A stretch of DNA of 64,000 bases from NCBI GenBank assembly GCA_002269645.1, contig NIVC01001207.1:209541-273540 (forward strand). The letters run 5' to 3'. The notes under the pieces were generated by a model, which searched no databases, was not told the DNA's origin, and saw only the letters and a list, made by a program, of their open reading frames with translations. Positions 22,890 through 37,630 of this stretch are shown piece after piece (within the stretch, counting starts at the first letter, position 1; each line of letters begins with the position of its first letter). The position numbers were made by a program, and so were the translations under genes. The stretch comes from Macrostomum lignano (lineage: Eukaryota).

Positions 22890-23792
22890 TACCCTAACAG
22901 AATCATCTGCAGATCGTCACTAACTCCTACCATAGAATCAGCGGCAGATCGTCACTAATTCCTACCATAGAATCAGCGGCAGATCGTCACTAATTCCTAC
23001 CATAGAATCAGCGGCAGATCGTCACTAATTCCTACCATAGAATCACCTGCAGATCGCCACTAATTCCTACTATAGAATCACCTGCAGATCGCCACTAATT
23101 CCTACTATAGAATCACCTGCAGATCGCCACTAATTCCTACTATAGAATCACCTGCAGATCGTCACTTATTCCTACCATAGAATCAGCGGCAGATCGTCAC
23201 TAATTCCTACCATAGAATCAGCAGCAGATCGTCACTAATTCCTACCATAGAATCACCTGCAGATCGCCACTAATTCCTACCATAGAATCAGCGGCAGATC
23301 GTCACTAATTCCTACCATAGAATCATCTGCAGATCGTCACTTATTCCTACCATAGAATCAGCGGCAGATCGTCACTAATTCCTACCATAGAATCATCTGC
23401 AGATCGTCACTAATTCCTACCATAGAATCACCTGCAGATCGCCACTAATTCCTACCATAGAATCAGCGGCAGATCGTCACTAATTCCTACCATAGAATCA
23501 TCTGCAGATCGTCACTTATTCCTACCATAGAATCAGCGGCAGATCGTCACTAATTCCTACCATAGAATCATCTGCAGATCGTCACTAATTCCTACCATAG
23601 AATCATCTGCAGATCGCCACTAATTCCTACCATAGAATCAGCGGCAGATCGTCACTAATTCCTACCATAGAATCAGCGGCAGATCGTCACTAATTCCTAC
23701 CATAGAACCATCTGCAGATCGCCACTAATTCCTACCATAGAATCAGCGGCAGATCGTCACTTATTCCTACCATAGAATCATCGGCAGATCGC
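22890..23792. repeat. 35-bp intronic minisatellite (GATCGTCACTAATTCCTACCATAGAATCAGCGGCA), PAK intron 3
   Basis: Direct periodicity. Confidence 0.97.
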
Positions 23793-23876
23793 CGACAACC
23801 CTCCAAGAATCGCCGCTAATCCGAAAATCCCCTTAATCCAAATCCCTAGCAAAAACAAGCAGCGCAGAAGGCGCAC

Positions 23877-24046
23877 CATGGTTTGCCGCGTGCTGCCTCT
23901 CTCGGTCAGCTGGGCGCAAAAGCCGAAATCTGTTAATTTAACCTCGCCGCCCATGCCCAATAGGACATTGTCGGATTTGACGTCTCGATGAATGACATTG
24001 AAATCGTGCAGAAATGCCAAAGCTTGCAGGCACTCCCGGGCGACAG
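23877..24046 (-). CDS. PAK1: PAK kinase exon 3 ([11 protein letters not shown])
   Basis: Catalytic loop and DFG motif; canonical splice sites. Confidence 0.95.
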
Positions 24047-24187
24047 CTGCGAAACAAAAATAGCACGAGCATTTATAACAATAATAATAATCATAAATTA
24101 TAATGTTGCAACTACTTTTCTCAAGTACACTACTTATCAGTAGAGTATAAAGAAAATCATAATAACTATCAAATAACTTTCACGCAC

Positions 24188-24468
24188 CGGCAATAATCGA
24201 CTCCTGCATCATGGTTTCCGTGGCAACGTCAGTCAGACTGCCGCCGTCCAGGTATTCCATGACAACTAGCAGTTCGGCAGTTTCCGTGCGCGGATTTGTG
24301 CAATAAGATTCAATATAGTTGACAATATTTCTGTGATGCAGTTTCTGCATAACGGCAATCTCTGTTAGAATCATTTCCCGCTTGGGCTGCTTGGCCAGCT
24401 GCATGCACTTGATGGCCACTGGCTTGCTGGTCTTCTTGTCGCGGGCCAGCTTCACTGTGCCGGATGCT
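24188..24468 (-). CDS. PAK1: PAK kinase exon 2 (ASGTV, VAIK, EYLDGGSLTD)
   Basis: Gly-loop completed across intron 1 (KLGCG|ASGTV); AIK lysine present. Confidence 0.95.
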
Positions 24469-26360
24469 CTGCGAAGTTGGAGTCATTTCATTCGGTTATT
24501 TTGCAGCGATACAGTGCTTATACTGAGTCGGAGGAATAAAGAAGAAGAGAGGAGATGTGAGAAGAGGAGAGAGGAGATTAGAAAGAGAGCCGAGAAGAGA
24601 CACACATTGAGGGGCCGGATAGACAGGCTTCGCGGGCCGGAGTTTGCCGATCCCCGATTTTTATGGTCCTTGATATAAATAAGTACATTTCATTTACACC
24701 ATGGACCCCTACTATCTCTGGATTAATTCCCAACCTCAGTTTTCACCAAAAAGATGAATTGGTACATCGTAGTACAAAAGTTCCGCCACTAGGATTATAT
24801 TTTTGATCCCTGGTTCCGGAATCGCTCTTATTAAAGAATAATGCAATAGCAGCCACGTGAGCAGAGATTCCCGACCCGCTTATCCTAAGCAGCCAATTAT
24901 GGCAATTAACATTGAAGAATTGAGCAACGGCTGGGCTCCAGTTTAATCTAAAAATAGGACACAGTAAAGCATTACGAGGGGTTGGCGGCCTAGCACAAGC
25001 ACCACCTCGCAGCCTGTGTGAGTAAAGCGGCCATATATGCATTACTGTTAGTTTTAGTCATAGCGGTAATGCCTGCCGGTGGTGGGGAGAGGGGAGAGAG
25101 CAGGGGAGCCGCCGCAGTGCCCGGCCGTGAAAACCTCCAGAAAGTCCCCCAAGGCCAGACCGCGCTTCGCTCCTCTATCCACCCAATCCACTCTCCCTCT
25201 CTCTTACCCCCCCCCCCGTTCCCGCGGGCAGCCCTACACACGGAACAGAGAGAGGGAGGGGTCCAGCCGGGTAAGTACGCAGCTTTTGAAAGTACGCCCC
25301 GCCCCCTCCCCGCGGCCGATCGCAGGGGAAAGAAATGGGATAAGAGTAGAGAGAGAGAGACAGCAAAGCCAAACCCCCAGGGCAAGGGAAGGGGGATCCG
25401 GACAGCCAGCAGCAGGCAGTGGGGGGGGGGGTTAGACAGAGGAATAAAGGGGAAGACAAGTTGTGGCGCATAATGACTCATCGGCATTGGCCTTCCAAAA
25501 GGGATCCCGCGGTGGCAGTTCTGAACGGGGGGAGCTGAGGGCTTACAGACACACAAGCCAAACTATCCCCAAGCCATTAAAATAATATTAGTTTTTCATT
25601 TATTTTAAATCAACGAATAAAATTTCAATAAAGAAATCAATGAACGATGAGAATTCAGTTGGTTAAATTCAGTCTAATAGTTAGTTAAGCTATGAACTAA
25701 TGACTCATACGCAACCATAACTCTCCATTTTTATAAAATGCCATAATAACCTAAAAAATACGAGTAGTTCCCACCATTGCTGTCGCTCCCACACCCACTC
25801 TATACACATTACTATATACAAATATATGCATAGAAAATGTAGACAGCATCCCCAGAGAGAGAGGGGGGGGGAAAGGCAGAAGGCCAACCCTGGGCTTCGG
25901 TGCAAAAAGTCCTTACTTCGCTACCTGCCTGCTAAGAACAGATCGCCACAGGTACCGAGTTCCAGTCCAGCGGAAATCTGGCAACCAATCTGGGAACTTA
26001 ATGGCGGGACATTTGTCGGCTAGTGTTCGGAAAAATCCCCACAACCATCGAAATTCAATCCAATTTTCCGGTCCGGTTGCAGACAAGTGCGCAGATTCAG
26101 ATGACTGCATTATTGAGGTAGGCTGCCCCAATTGCACAATTATTTATCAAGGTGCATCTTAATGCGTGGAAAAAAATAGTTGAAATCAGAAGTAGAAATG
26201 CCAGGAAAAAAACCAAAGCCGGATCCCGACGACTACGAAGAACAAAATTAAAAATAAGGAGTACTTGACTAAAAATTAAAACCAAACTTTAAAGCAGCCA
26301 GTTCTGTAGTGCATTGAGTTCTTTTTTAGGGAAGCGCTTTATATTGTGACTTTTCCAAAT

Positions 26361-27045
26361 GGTAAGAATGGAGTCTGAGAAATGAGAGGGGGTAAGAATG
26401 GAGGGTGAGAAATGAGAGGGGGGTAAGAATGGAGGGTGAGAGATGAGAGGGGGTAAGAATGGAGGGTGAGAAATGAGAGGGGGGTAAGAATGGAGGGTGA
26501 GAGATGAGAGGGGTAAGAATGGAGTCTGAGAGATGAGAGAGGGTAAGAATGGAGGGTGAGAAATGAGAGGGGGTAAGAATGGAGGGTGAGAAATGAGAGG
26601 GGGTAAGAATGGAGCGTGAGAAATGAGAGAGGGTAAGAATGGAGGGTGAGAAATGAGAGGGGGTAAGAATGGAGCGTGAGAGATGAGAGAGGGTAAGAAT
26701 GGAGCGTGAGAGATGAGAGAGGGTAAGAATGGAGTCTGAGAAATGAGAGAGGGTAAGAATGGAGGGTGAGAGATGAGAGGGGGTAAGAATGGAGTCTGAG
26801 AGATGAGAGAGGGTAAGAATGGAGGGTGAGAGATGAGAGGGGTAAGAATAGAGGGTGAGAAATGAGAGGGGGTAAGAATGGAGCGTGAGAGATGAGAGAG
26901 GGTAAGAATGGAGTCTGAGAAATGAGAGGGGTAAGAATAGAGGGTGAGAAATGAGAGGGGGTAAGAATGGAGCGTGAGAGATGAGAGAGGGTAAGAATGG
27001 AGCGTGAGAGATGAGAGAGGGTAAGAATGGAGGGTGAGATGAGAC
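26361..27045. repeat. ~30-bp purine-rich minisatellite (GGGTAAGAATGGAGGGTGAGAAATGAGAGG), PAK intron 1
   Basis: Direct periodicity. Confidence 0.95.
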
Positions 27046-27741
27046 TTACAATTCAGAGTTATAAGATGACATTCAGAGGAATCTAACAACAGCGGCCTAA
27101 AGATCCCAAGATAGTATAGTTGCAGTGGGTGATCTAGACCGGAGAGGGGTTAAAGAGGTCAAATGACCACCTCTTTCTTCGATAAAATCAGAGCATGTCA
27201 CGGCCACCGGCAAATAAAATTATGAAGCTACCATTTGTCTTAACGCAGCCAAAGGTCTGACAAGATCAAGACCCGAGATTAAAGGGGTAAGATCTGGAGG
27301 TCAAGGGGGTCAGATGACCCACCTAGGGGTCAAGATCAGATGACCCACCTGGAGTTCAAGAGGGTCAGATAACCCATCTGGAGGTAAAGGGGTCAGATGA
27401 CCCACCTGAGAAAAAACCATAAGGACAAGGACCCCGAGAAATAAAAATAAGTCTGACAGAATCCAGGACTGGGGAATATAAAATTTTCTCGGGGGGTCAG
27501 CTGACCCCTTGACCTCCGCCTGGATCTGATCAGCTACGAGTATTTGGCTACTTTTATTAAACTACCAACAAAGGGGTCATGAACTCAGGGAGATAGAAAC
27601 AAATAAATATTATTCGTATTTATTTTTACATGGGGGTCAAGGGGTCAACCGACCCCCAGCACGATAAATAAATTGTGTATCTCTATTGTTAAGGCCGCTT
27701 GAAAATAATGAGAATGAGAAAAATGAATATATAACGCTTAC

Positions 27742-28754
27742 CCGCAGCCGAGCTTTTTATTCTCAATATTGTAGGCGGCCTCGCAGCTGGTCTTTGTAAC
27801 TAATTTATCAAGCTCAGAGTAGAACTCGGCGTCTGTCATCTTCTTTTTACGATTTTTACGCGTTAGAACTTGCTGCTGCTGCTGCGGCGGCAGCTCGGAG
27901 TCGGCTACGGTTGCGTCAGCCGCTATTGCCGTTCCGCCGTTAGCATTGACGGCAATCGTAGCAGCAGCAGCAGTCAGTGCCGGGGTGCAGGGAGACTGCG
28001 GAGTCGGGGTTTGCTCTTCATCAACGGAAGCTGCCGTCGGAGCTGGAGACGCCGCCGACGACGACTCAGCGGGCGGTGTCGGCGAGGTGGTGGATGACTT
28101 TGACGGCACGCTGGCTCTTGGCGGTGGGACCGGCGGTTGAGGCGGCTGCTGCTTCTGCTGGTGCCTCTGCTGGTGCTGCAACGATTTACGCGGAGGCGGC
28201 ACCGGCGGCGGCTGGACGGGCGGCGGCGGCGGGCCGAGGTTGACGTAGTCGTGCAACTCCTGCAAGTCGTCGCTGCCGCAGCCGGTCTCGAAGCCGGACT
28301 CGCTGGACTCCGGCTGGTGCCGTTCGGACAGTTTGTCATCGCTGCGCGAAGTCTCCAGACGCTCCTTGGAGCCGAAATCTGTGGAGACGCTCTCGTTCTC
28401 GCTGCTGCTGCACTCCTGCAGGTACTTGGGGTCCTGCTTGCCCTGCATATTGTTTTTAAACAGATGCAGCGCATTCATGATCTCGGCCGGATGCTGGGTG
28501 CGCGATTCGAAATCGAATTCCTGTTCGAGCCAGCGCTGCCAGGACTCCGGGATGCCGCGGAACTCGCCAGTCTGCGGGTCAATTTCAACGTGGACATGCT
28601 TCTTCACGTCCGTGGGCAGGCCGATGTCCATCTCGCGTTCTTTGTCGCGATTCTTGCCGGCGCTGCCGCTACCGGCGCTGCCCCCGCCGCCGCTGCCGCC
28701 AGAGCCGGGGCCGGAGCCCCGCTTTTTGCCGCCGCCGAATAGGCGAGATAACAT
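27742..28754 (-). CDS. PAK1: Group I p21-activated kinase exon 1 (CRIB/PBD, autoinhibitory region, Pro-rich linker)
   Basis: IGLPTDVKKHVHVEIDPQTGEFRGIPESW is a CRIB plus autoinhibitory motif; donor |GTAAGC. Total CDS is 1833 nt (610 aa). Confidence 0.93.
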
Positions 28755-31700
28755 TCCAGAATAGGACGCGAGTGCAGTAAAACAAAGATAAACAATTCAA
28801 AGATTGCTGCGTCACCCCAATTCTTTATTCATTTCTGAAGGCTTTGTCACCTCTAGCAAAAATATGTATATAATACAGAGATAGTAGCATTTTTTATTTA
28901 TAGCCCATTAAAAACATTTCTGATTTAGCTAAGCAAAAATATTGATTAACATATATTTGAAAACTTCATGCAGTCAAGAAAATAAATTTATCTTGGGTAT
29001 GTTACAGTGCGCTTTAAATTTAGATAAAACAGTAAGATAGATTTAGTATCAATGCATGTAAATACTTCTATAGATCTAAGAAGAAAAGGGGACAAATATA
29101 TGAATGAAAAAATAAGCTAAAAAACATGCCTATGTATTATTTGTAAACATATACTTCAATTAGACCCCAGAAAAACTTGGGTTTTGGTAAAGTTGAGTAC
29201 TTGACACCAAACTTTGGGGGTTAGAGCTGGATGTTTGAGTCAATTTTGTTGAGTAGTCAAGTAGAATGAAAAATTGGTAGTTAGTGAATTTCAAACCCCA
29301 ACCTTGCTCTATTGTCATATTTTTTTGCATTAAATGTCATATTTTTTGCACTTTTGTTTGTACTTCCAGAAATTATGGATTCTCAAGTAATACTTTTAGC
29401 ACAAAATCTTGCTTTTCAATTACTTTTTGTTTAAGTAACTTTATTGATACTTTATTAATTCAACTACTTGACAAAACTCAATACTTTTTGGCAAAAATTG
29501 GCAAGTTGAATATCCTAGAAAATGGTCAAGTTACTTGACAAGTTTGCTATATGCCTATTTATTATAAAATAGGGCTAACCTATGCAACATGTGTTATAAA
29601 AGTGAATTAATTTCAATATAATTCATAATAAAAAATAGACCTAAAATATCTTACTCTATTCATATAATAAATTAGGCAATAATAACTTAGCATATTTTAA
29701 TAGTTATATATACTTAGATATTATACTTAGATATTACTTAGATACATACTTAGATATTATATATATCATATCATACATATATAGTCATTTTGTATACTAC
29801 AAATTGCTAAATATGATAGTAATATTAATATATTAATAATAATAAAAATAAATATCTGTATATTGTAGTCCATATTAATTATACTTAATAATTAAAGAAT
29901 ATTAGAATTATATAAGCATATTTAATTCTAAAGATAAGGTTTTTTTGTATATTTTTATATATTATTTTTGGTCTTTTTGAGCTATATTATTTTATTTATA
30001 GTTCAAAATATATAAAGTATAAATGCTACAATTTATTTATCAAAGTCATTTTATCTAATGAAAAAAGTTGCTAACAATAAAAATATACTATATTTTCAAC
30101 CCAAATTTTATTTGGCCAAGTGGCACTTGTTAATTAAAAAATGATATTCATATCCTGATTGCAGTGCATAAGCATTTTGGTAGATGGCCTTGCAGGGCAC
30201 CTGTGTATACCTGCTATCTTCCTAACTATTATACAACTGATTAGACTAAAAAATGGCAAGTACCTTTGTTATATACCATTGTCAAGAAGGTGTCCACTGT
30301 ATGCCAGAATTTTTTTGGGTAAAATTTTAGGTATATACCAAGTATGCCAAAAATGGAAATGTGAATTCTGTTCAATTCTGTTTTAACAATAAAGGACCTT
30401 TTTTCTATTGTTATGTTTCAAAATTAAATGTATATTATAACAAAATAAATGTTGTCTATTACTCCTTTACAAAAACTTACAATTATTTAAATTCTAGGAC
30501 TTAAAAATTCTTTAAAATAGCATTATCACCACACTTAAATGTTACACAGTATGCTAGAAGAAATGACCCTCTATATAATAAATTAAAATTTATGCCAAAC
30601 AAAAACAAATTTACTTGTGATCTATATGCTGGACATTATAAAAAAGAATAGCTACAAGCTACAATAAAGGACCTTTTTGCATTATGACAATAAAACACCT
30701 TTTTGCATTGCAACAACAGAAGACCATTTTTTGCATTATGACAGTTGGTTTTTAGTATGTGAATAGCTATGCTATATGCCGGCTCTGTGGCGCAATTTTC
30801 CGGTGGATTTTTCTATATGCTAGTTACATTGACCATTTTTTTCAAGACTATTGTACATTGTACTATCTGTCATATATGTAACATTTAAGAGTGGCACACT
30901 ATCATATTTTATTAATATTTAATTTTTTATTGGCCTTGCTATTACCTCTCAATTGCTTATCTATTTTTTAAATGTTTTAACTTTTGTTACAAAACAGGAA
31001 AATAATTACACCTATTTTTAAATTGCTTTTTTATACCACTTTTTGTTTGCCAAATACAACTTTTAAGATTTAAGCATGCCAAACATGCGCACTAGTGAAC
31101 TATGAAAGGCTAATACATGCTAGAAAATTATGGCATATACCATAGTCTAGATCATAGCAAGTATACACCAGAATTAAAATTCATGTTCTTTCAATTTTAT
31201 GGTAAGAAAATTATTAATTTTAATGCTGAGCTTAAAGTTGCTTATATGCTATTTTTTTCAAAAGAATATATACTATTAGAATTAGAAAAGTTTTATAAAC
31301 TTTGAAATGGCTTTTTTAAAAGAAACTGTTACTCATTGTTTTAATTTTGTTTTTTTTAAAGTTTTTATATTTAACTAGGCCTACACAATTACATTAGCCC
31401 TGATTTTTTGTACAATGACTGTGCTTTAGTCTGAATAATACTGGGTGCATGCCCCGACAAAAATTGAATAGTTACAAATGCATGCCAAAAAAAATAGAGT
31501 GCATGCCCATTCTCAAAACTATGCTGGTGTTGTCACAATAAATGACCTTTTTAAATTGCATAGTGGACATTTTGGCAAATAATTTAGTTGATTATTATGC
31601 TTTTTTGGCAATACTCATATACTATACAGCAAAAATTTGATAATAAAAAGATTTGTTTAAAAGCTTTAGCACAAGCTTAAAAAATCTAGAGAGCTTGAAA

Positions 31701-32517
31701 TTTATACTTAAAAAGAAACCTTTCTTATTTTTTTTCTATTTCACAATAACTCTGCCATGTGATTCTATAAACTGTATACTAGGTATACATGCACAATTTT
31801 TTCTAAGGAGTGATGCATGCCAGCTATACATGCCTACTTTTGGTGTGCAAGGCCAATGCATTCCCAAATTTTTGGGTATATACTATATGATCCAAAATGT
31901 GGCAACTGTGTATATTTCATGTCGAACCTGAAAATTCTATATGCCAAGTATATACCAAAATTGTTAACGAGAGTAAAAATATGTTAGATCTAGCTTCAAG
32001 GCTACTTTTTGGACTATGGGGCATATATAAGAAAAGGACACTTTCTTGACTATGGGTTATATGCCAAAAATTCTAGCATATATGTGGTCTTCCAAACTAT
32101 GGTTTAGTAAGAACTATATAATTAAAAATAAAGTACAAGTGTAAAGAGGTCTTAGTAAAAATAAATAGATATATTGATGTGTTGAAGCATATCAATATAC
32201 AAAATTATAATGCTATGGCCAGCATATGCTTTGAAAAGAAATCATATTTTTATGCACATAATTACCATAATGCTTAGGCAATTATTATTTGTCTAGGCCT
32301 AGTGGTTATTTGTTTGGTTATTGGATAATAGCTATGTTTCTCTATTTATGTGGTTAATATTAGAGTTAGAAGACAAATAGCCAAAATAGGCATTTTGTTT
32401 TTTGTTTGGTTAAATTGATATTTTATTTTACAGAAACTACAAGGTTTAATATCCTTAGACTTCAAAGACTTCTTATTTGTATCTTGATTATTATATTTTT
32501 ATAGGCCTACTAGTGTA

Positions 32518-34663
32518 GGTACCCAGTAAAATGCGGAATCCGCAACGGAATCGGAATGGAATAGTACAGTAAAACGCGGAATCCGCAGCGGAATGGTAAA
32601 CTGCGGAACGAAGTGCGGATTCCGCATATTAAAGTAAAACGCGGAATGCGAAAATGAAAAAAGTAAAATGTGGAATGAAAACTAACTGAATTATACTTTT
32701 ATTCATCAACATCAACATGTACTAAAGACTACAAATAGCTATCTAGCTACATGTATATATAGCTTAATTTATTTAGAAGCTGATTTTTTGTAGTGTCAAA
32801 TAAAGTTTCTATCATCGGAATGTATATTAACAACATATTGTGCAGTTTTTGGAAATAAGTATATGCTAAAAATACAAAAATAAATTTCTTTGCAAGAAAT
32901 GTTTAAATATTCCATTTGCCTATCTTGCAAATGCATTTGGAAGTGTTACCATGATGCTCACTTGCGCTAGGCTTCCGCACCAGTTTATCACAATATATCA
33001 TGATATTAAAAAGTGCTTATGCATGGACCTGGCCTGATTTCCAAGTGCCAAAATGTGCTACAAGGGAACCTAACGTACAAGCAAAACCCTTTCCTGGACA
33101 TCCTTTTTGATGTGACCAACTATTAACAGCTAATTTTCTAAATGTACTGTTTGATTGAATCTATGCATTAACTTTTCTGTGGACAAAGCCCACGAGATTA
33201 AGTTCCGAAGAGGGTTTACAGGCGACAACAACCCGCTTTACGGGTGTGCGGGTAGAGCCTCTATGTGACTATGACCCGAAACAACAGCCCAGCAGTTGAT
33301 TTGTGTCCTTAGAAGTAAGCACTATTTGCAGGCATAGATTAATAAAGTTAACAAAAAGGTTGCGATAAAAACAATGCCCATTTTTGTAATAGTTACTCCG
33401 GAACCCGATGTGCAACTATAAATATAAACGTATGCCCAGATTGATAATTTCCATACTATGACTTGACTTTGCGATTCAAACACTGCATAAACATTACAAT
33501 TCGGGGAGTCGAATTTCTTGGGTTTGTCCTCCAGTGGAGGAGTTCCACTCGTTATACCTAACTTTCTATTGCCTAGAGAAGTCACTATATATGATTTATC
33601 TGATTCATACCCCCAAGCAGTGGTTAATTCGATAGAATAGAATGAAGGGATTGTTATGCAAGTGAGAAATCAAATAATTTTATACATTTTCTTATATTTA
33701 CTAGCAAAATAGAGCCCCAATAATAAATAATCAAGCACTTATTCGTTAGCGATTCGCTGTCCCGTCGCTGGCGAAAAGTTGCTGGCGAAACTTCGCTAAT
33801 GTTCCGCTGACGATTCGCCAATGCGACCGAGGTGGAAAAACTATGTTTTATGCTGCAGGAAGAAAAGTTCCAGACAAACACAGCTTTTTGAAACGTTCTA
33901 TATGGGAAATGAAGAAAAAAATGTCGCCACTACTTCGCTGTCTCGCTGACAATTCGCTTGCAATTCGCCGGCGATTTTCCCAGAGGGTACTGACTTTCCA
34001 TACTGATCTGACTGATCTGACTTTCCATGCTTCCTTGTACTATTTATTGCCTTTCTTGACACTAAAAACGTAAAAGCATCTTGCAAATCGTAATTTTAGC
34101 TTCGCTAAAATCAATCTTGTCCTAAAGTTTCGGATTTAATTTTTTTTAGAAATGCACATTTAATGCTACGATTTTTTTTGACAGCAATAGGATGTAGGAT
34201 GACTTCTCGCCACATGTCAGCGGGCACTTTTGAAATACATTAAATATAAAAATTGTACGTAGTATGCACTTTCGCTTCCAGAGTATGAATTTACCTTAAA
34301 TAAGTTGCCAAAGCTCTATCTTCATTCCGAAAATTACTGTATCTTAACCATTCTGCTGAGGATTTTGCTAAGGGAAGATCAACAGATTTGATTTGAGTGT
34401 CATAGTGACAATGAAAAAAAATTTGTTCAGCAAAAATGTACATAAATTTCAGATGTTTTTTTAAATATAAGGTGATGAATAAAAGTATAATTCAGTTAGT
34501 TTTCATTCCGCATTTTACTTTTTTCATTTTTGCATTCCACGTTTTACTTTAATATGCGGAATCCGCACTTCGTTCCGCAGTTTACCATTCCGCTGCGGAT
34601 TCCGCGTTTTACCGTACTATTCCATTCCGATTCCGTTGCGGATTCCGCATTTTACCGGGTACC
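32518..34663. mobile_element. Non-autonomous DNA transposon (Mutator/MULE-like), 191-bp TIRs, 9-bp TSD
   Basis: TIRs at 32518-32708 and 34473-34663 start GGTACCC(A/G)GTAAAATGCGG. TSD ACTAGTGTA is at 32509-32517 and 34664-34672. No long internal ORF. Confidence 0.9.
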
Positions 34664-36847
34664 ACTAGTGTATGTCTAATAGGTCTATACCAAATTATAC
34701 TGAATTGCATATGCATTAGGCCCTACACATATCTGCTTTGCCTGCACTAGTATATAACAAAATATTAATCAGGATACCAGAAAAGGTCTTAAAAATCTAG
34801 AATATTCATCACTAAACAAATAGACACTTGTGTTGTGTTAACAATTTAACTAGAAAAATAGCAAAAAGCCAAAAGGCTATTCGTCCAGTCACTGGACAAA
34901 TAACAACTGCCTGATGTTAAAAAAAACATATTTTATAAGAAAAAAATTTCCTATTTAAAATTACACAATTGAAAACTTAGCCCTTCTTTAGTATAAGTTT
35001 TTGAAGCTTAGGATAAACTTGTCTTAAGGTTGAAAGTTAAATAAAGAAAAATTAGGATGGAATGTTGACTATTGAAAATGATGTGATTTGTGGCATTGCA
35101 ATCGAATTGCATTTGTTTGCTTAAATTAAAAGAATTTTGCTTAGTTTAACGATGCTCTATTCTCTATCCTCATGTAGGATGTAGTATACATAAATGCTAT
35201 GTATAAATATAAATAAATGCTAGGCCCTACATAAATGCTACATGCTTTGTTACACAAAAGCAACAAAGCATGTAGCATGTAGCAAAGCAAAGCTTGACTA
35301 ACTGGTCAAGTAAAGTAGGCACATGCGCCTAAAAATGCCAAAATACGTTAATATTACGTAAACTGCATACTTTAAGTTAATGTCAGTTGGCTGGGCATTC
35401 TGGCCTATTGTTGTATGCACTGTAAAAATACAAATATATCATCAATCAAATTATGCTGTTGACTAAGCACATGTCAACGCAAATTTTTTTTTATTAACCA
35501 GTAAAGTAATAAAAGTGCTAGTTTATAAAAACTAGAACAGTTTTTTACAAGTATGCACTGAATTAGCTAAGAGTTTTGTGTATTTTGTTTTATCGCTCAC
35601 AAAACGCTTATTTAAAATAAATTTCTTTGATGGACATCAGTTTAATGGACCATGGGTGCTTTGTCGAAACATTTAGCTTTTGACAATACTTGTGAAGTCA
35701 AACGAACTAAATATGTGTTTTTTTCCGAGGTTGCAATCGCATATAAATCAGCTTCAACTCATGAGCTAGTGCTACTCTATCTTAGCTACCTGTCGTCGCC
35801 TGGAGATCACCAGCAGACGGATTGAACCAGCAAACTGATGAGGAGGCTTAGTTTTAAACTGAGAAAGCGGGATGGCCGGGACACAATTGCAAAGCTTTCA
35901 AACAACTAACATTCTCTGCATGCTTTCATTGAAGTGTCAGGCAGCCGATGAAGGGAGTTATAGTCTTAACTGATATAGCCTTACATATGTTTGTAGAGGG
36001 ACAAGTTCCATACATTAGCTGCCCCCTGTCTCTCTGCTCTCTAAATAAAAAAACTATTAGAAGTACATGTATAGAGGCAGAAAAAATGCCATAAAAATTT
36101 ATGCATCTCAATTACTTCCAATTCAATGTCTGCAGCATCGATTACAAAAAGCTATACAAGTAGTTCGCGAGTCAACTCTTCGCAAAATGTTTAGGCAATA
36201 TTTTCGCATTCAATTCCTGTTTCTAAAAGCGATTTAAATTTCTGTGTAGGACATTAATGCTTTATTCTACAAGTAAATAATTCTAATTTTATTTCAAAGC
36301 TTACTACTTTATCTTCTAAGTAGAATAGTGCGATAAGTTTCGCTGAACAATATAAAGAGTACGCTCGTAGTACAATATACTATAATACTATAAAAGTTAA
36401 AACCCTCGCAGTCTGAAACTACAATTGCAGTTGCATTCAGCTATACAGTGATAGCACGAGACCCTTATTTGGGATATTGAAGTTCAACATCAACTTTGAC
36501 ATCTGAACAGAATCTCACAGCAAAGAAGGAAGCATACATGTATCTGCTATTCAAACCAGAAAAATCACTCGTCAATTAACGGGTGACGATTTCTTGCTGA
36601 GAAAAGCTAACATTTTTTCTTGCGAAAAGTTTCTGAAGCCATGGCAAATGAGATATTCCCTTTGAGTCTCGGAATCTGAAGCACTCCGCAATCAGCATTT
36701 AAAGATTAGCAATCAATATTTTGCACCCAAAGCTTTACCACCCAAAACCCAATACATGCAGACTATTAGCACTTGGTTGGTAAAACATGGCTAGTACTGA
36801 GACGTTAGCATTGTTTCCAAATGCTTAATTGCTTAGTGATTTTTCGT

Positions 36848-37440
36848 CTTTCATGATCCATTCAACTTACCCATGCTGGTTCATGTGTGTGGGGCTCGTC
36901 ATCCAACCATTACCCATGCTGGTTCAGTGTGTAGCTCTCGTCATCCAACCATTGCCCATGCTGGTTCAGTGTGTAGCTCTCGTCATCCAACCATTGCCCA
37001 TATGCTGGTTCAGTGTGTAGCTCTCGTCATCCAACCATTGCCCATGCTGGTTCAGTGTGTAGCTCTCGTCATCCAACCATTGCCCATGCTGGTTCAGTGT
37101 GTAGCTCTCGTCATCCAACCATTGCCCATGCTGGTTCAGTGTGTAGCTCTCGTCATCAAACCATTGCCCATGCTGGTTCAGTGTGTAGCTCTCGTCATCC
37201 AACCATTGCCCATGCTGGTTCAGTGTGTAGCTCTCGTCATCCAACCATTGCCCATGCTGGTTCAGTGTGTAGCTCTCGTCATCCAACCATTGCCCATGCT
37301 GGTTCAGTGTGTAGCTCTCGTCATCCAACCATTGCCCATGCTGGTTCAGTGTGTAGCTCTCGTCATCCAACCATTGCCCATGCTGGTTCAGTGTGTAGCT
37401 CTCGTCATTCAACCATTGCCCATGCTATGCTGGTTCAGTC
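36848..37440. repeat. 42-bp minisatellite (GCTCTCGTCATCCAACCATTGCCCATGCTGGTTCAGTGTGTA)
   Basis: Direct periodicity. Confidence 0.97.
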
Positions 37441-37630
37441 TTCAGTGTGCAGAATATTCAGGAAGTTTCCAGATCAATTAATCAAGCCAATTAACTTGCT
37501 TTTCTTCTGATACGCTACAGCTGCAAAGCCAATAGTTATAAGCATCCAATCAATTTTAACCTCGCGGCGATGCATTTAATGTATGAAGTCAGAAATCGAA
37601 TTACAGAAATCTATTAGCAGCTAGTCCACA

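Noticed and set aside
26361-27045. Decoy donor array (GGTAAG/GGTGAG) acting on PAK splicing
   Set aside because: The motifs are on the strand antisense to PAK, as in intron 4 (CAGGGTATG). Kept only as a counter-example to the splice-seeding hypothesis.
35835-35866. Hammerhead ribozyme (CTGATGA…GAAA)
   Set aside because: Stem II does not close with the required G-C pair next to the core, and no stems I/III were found.
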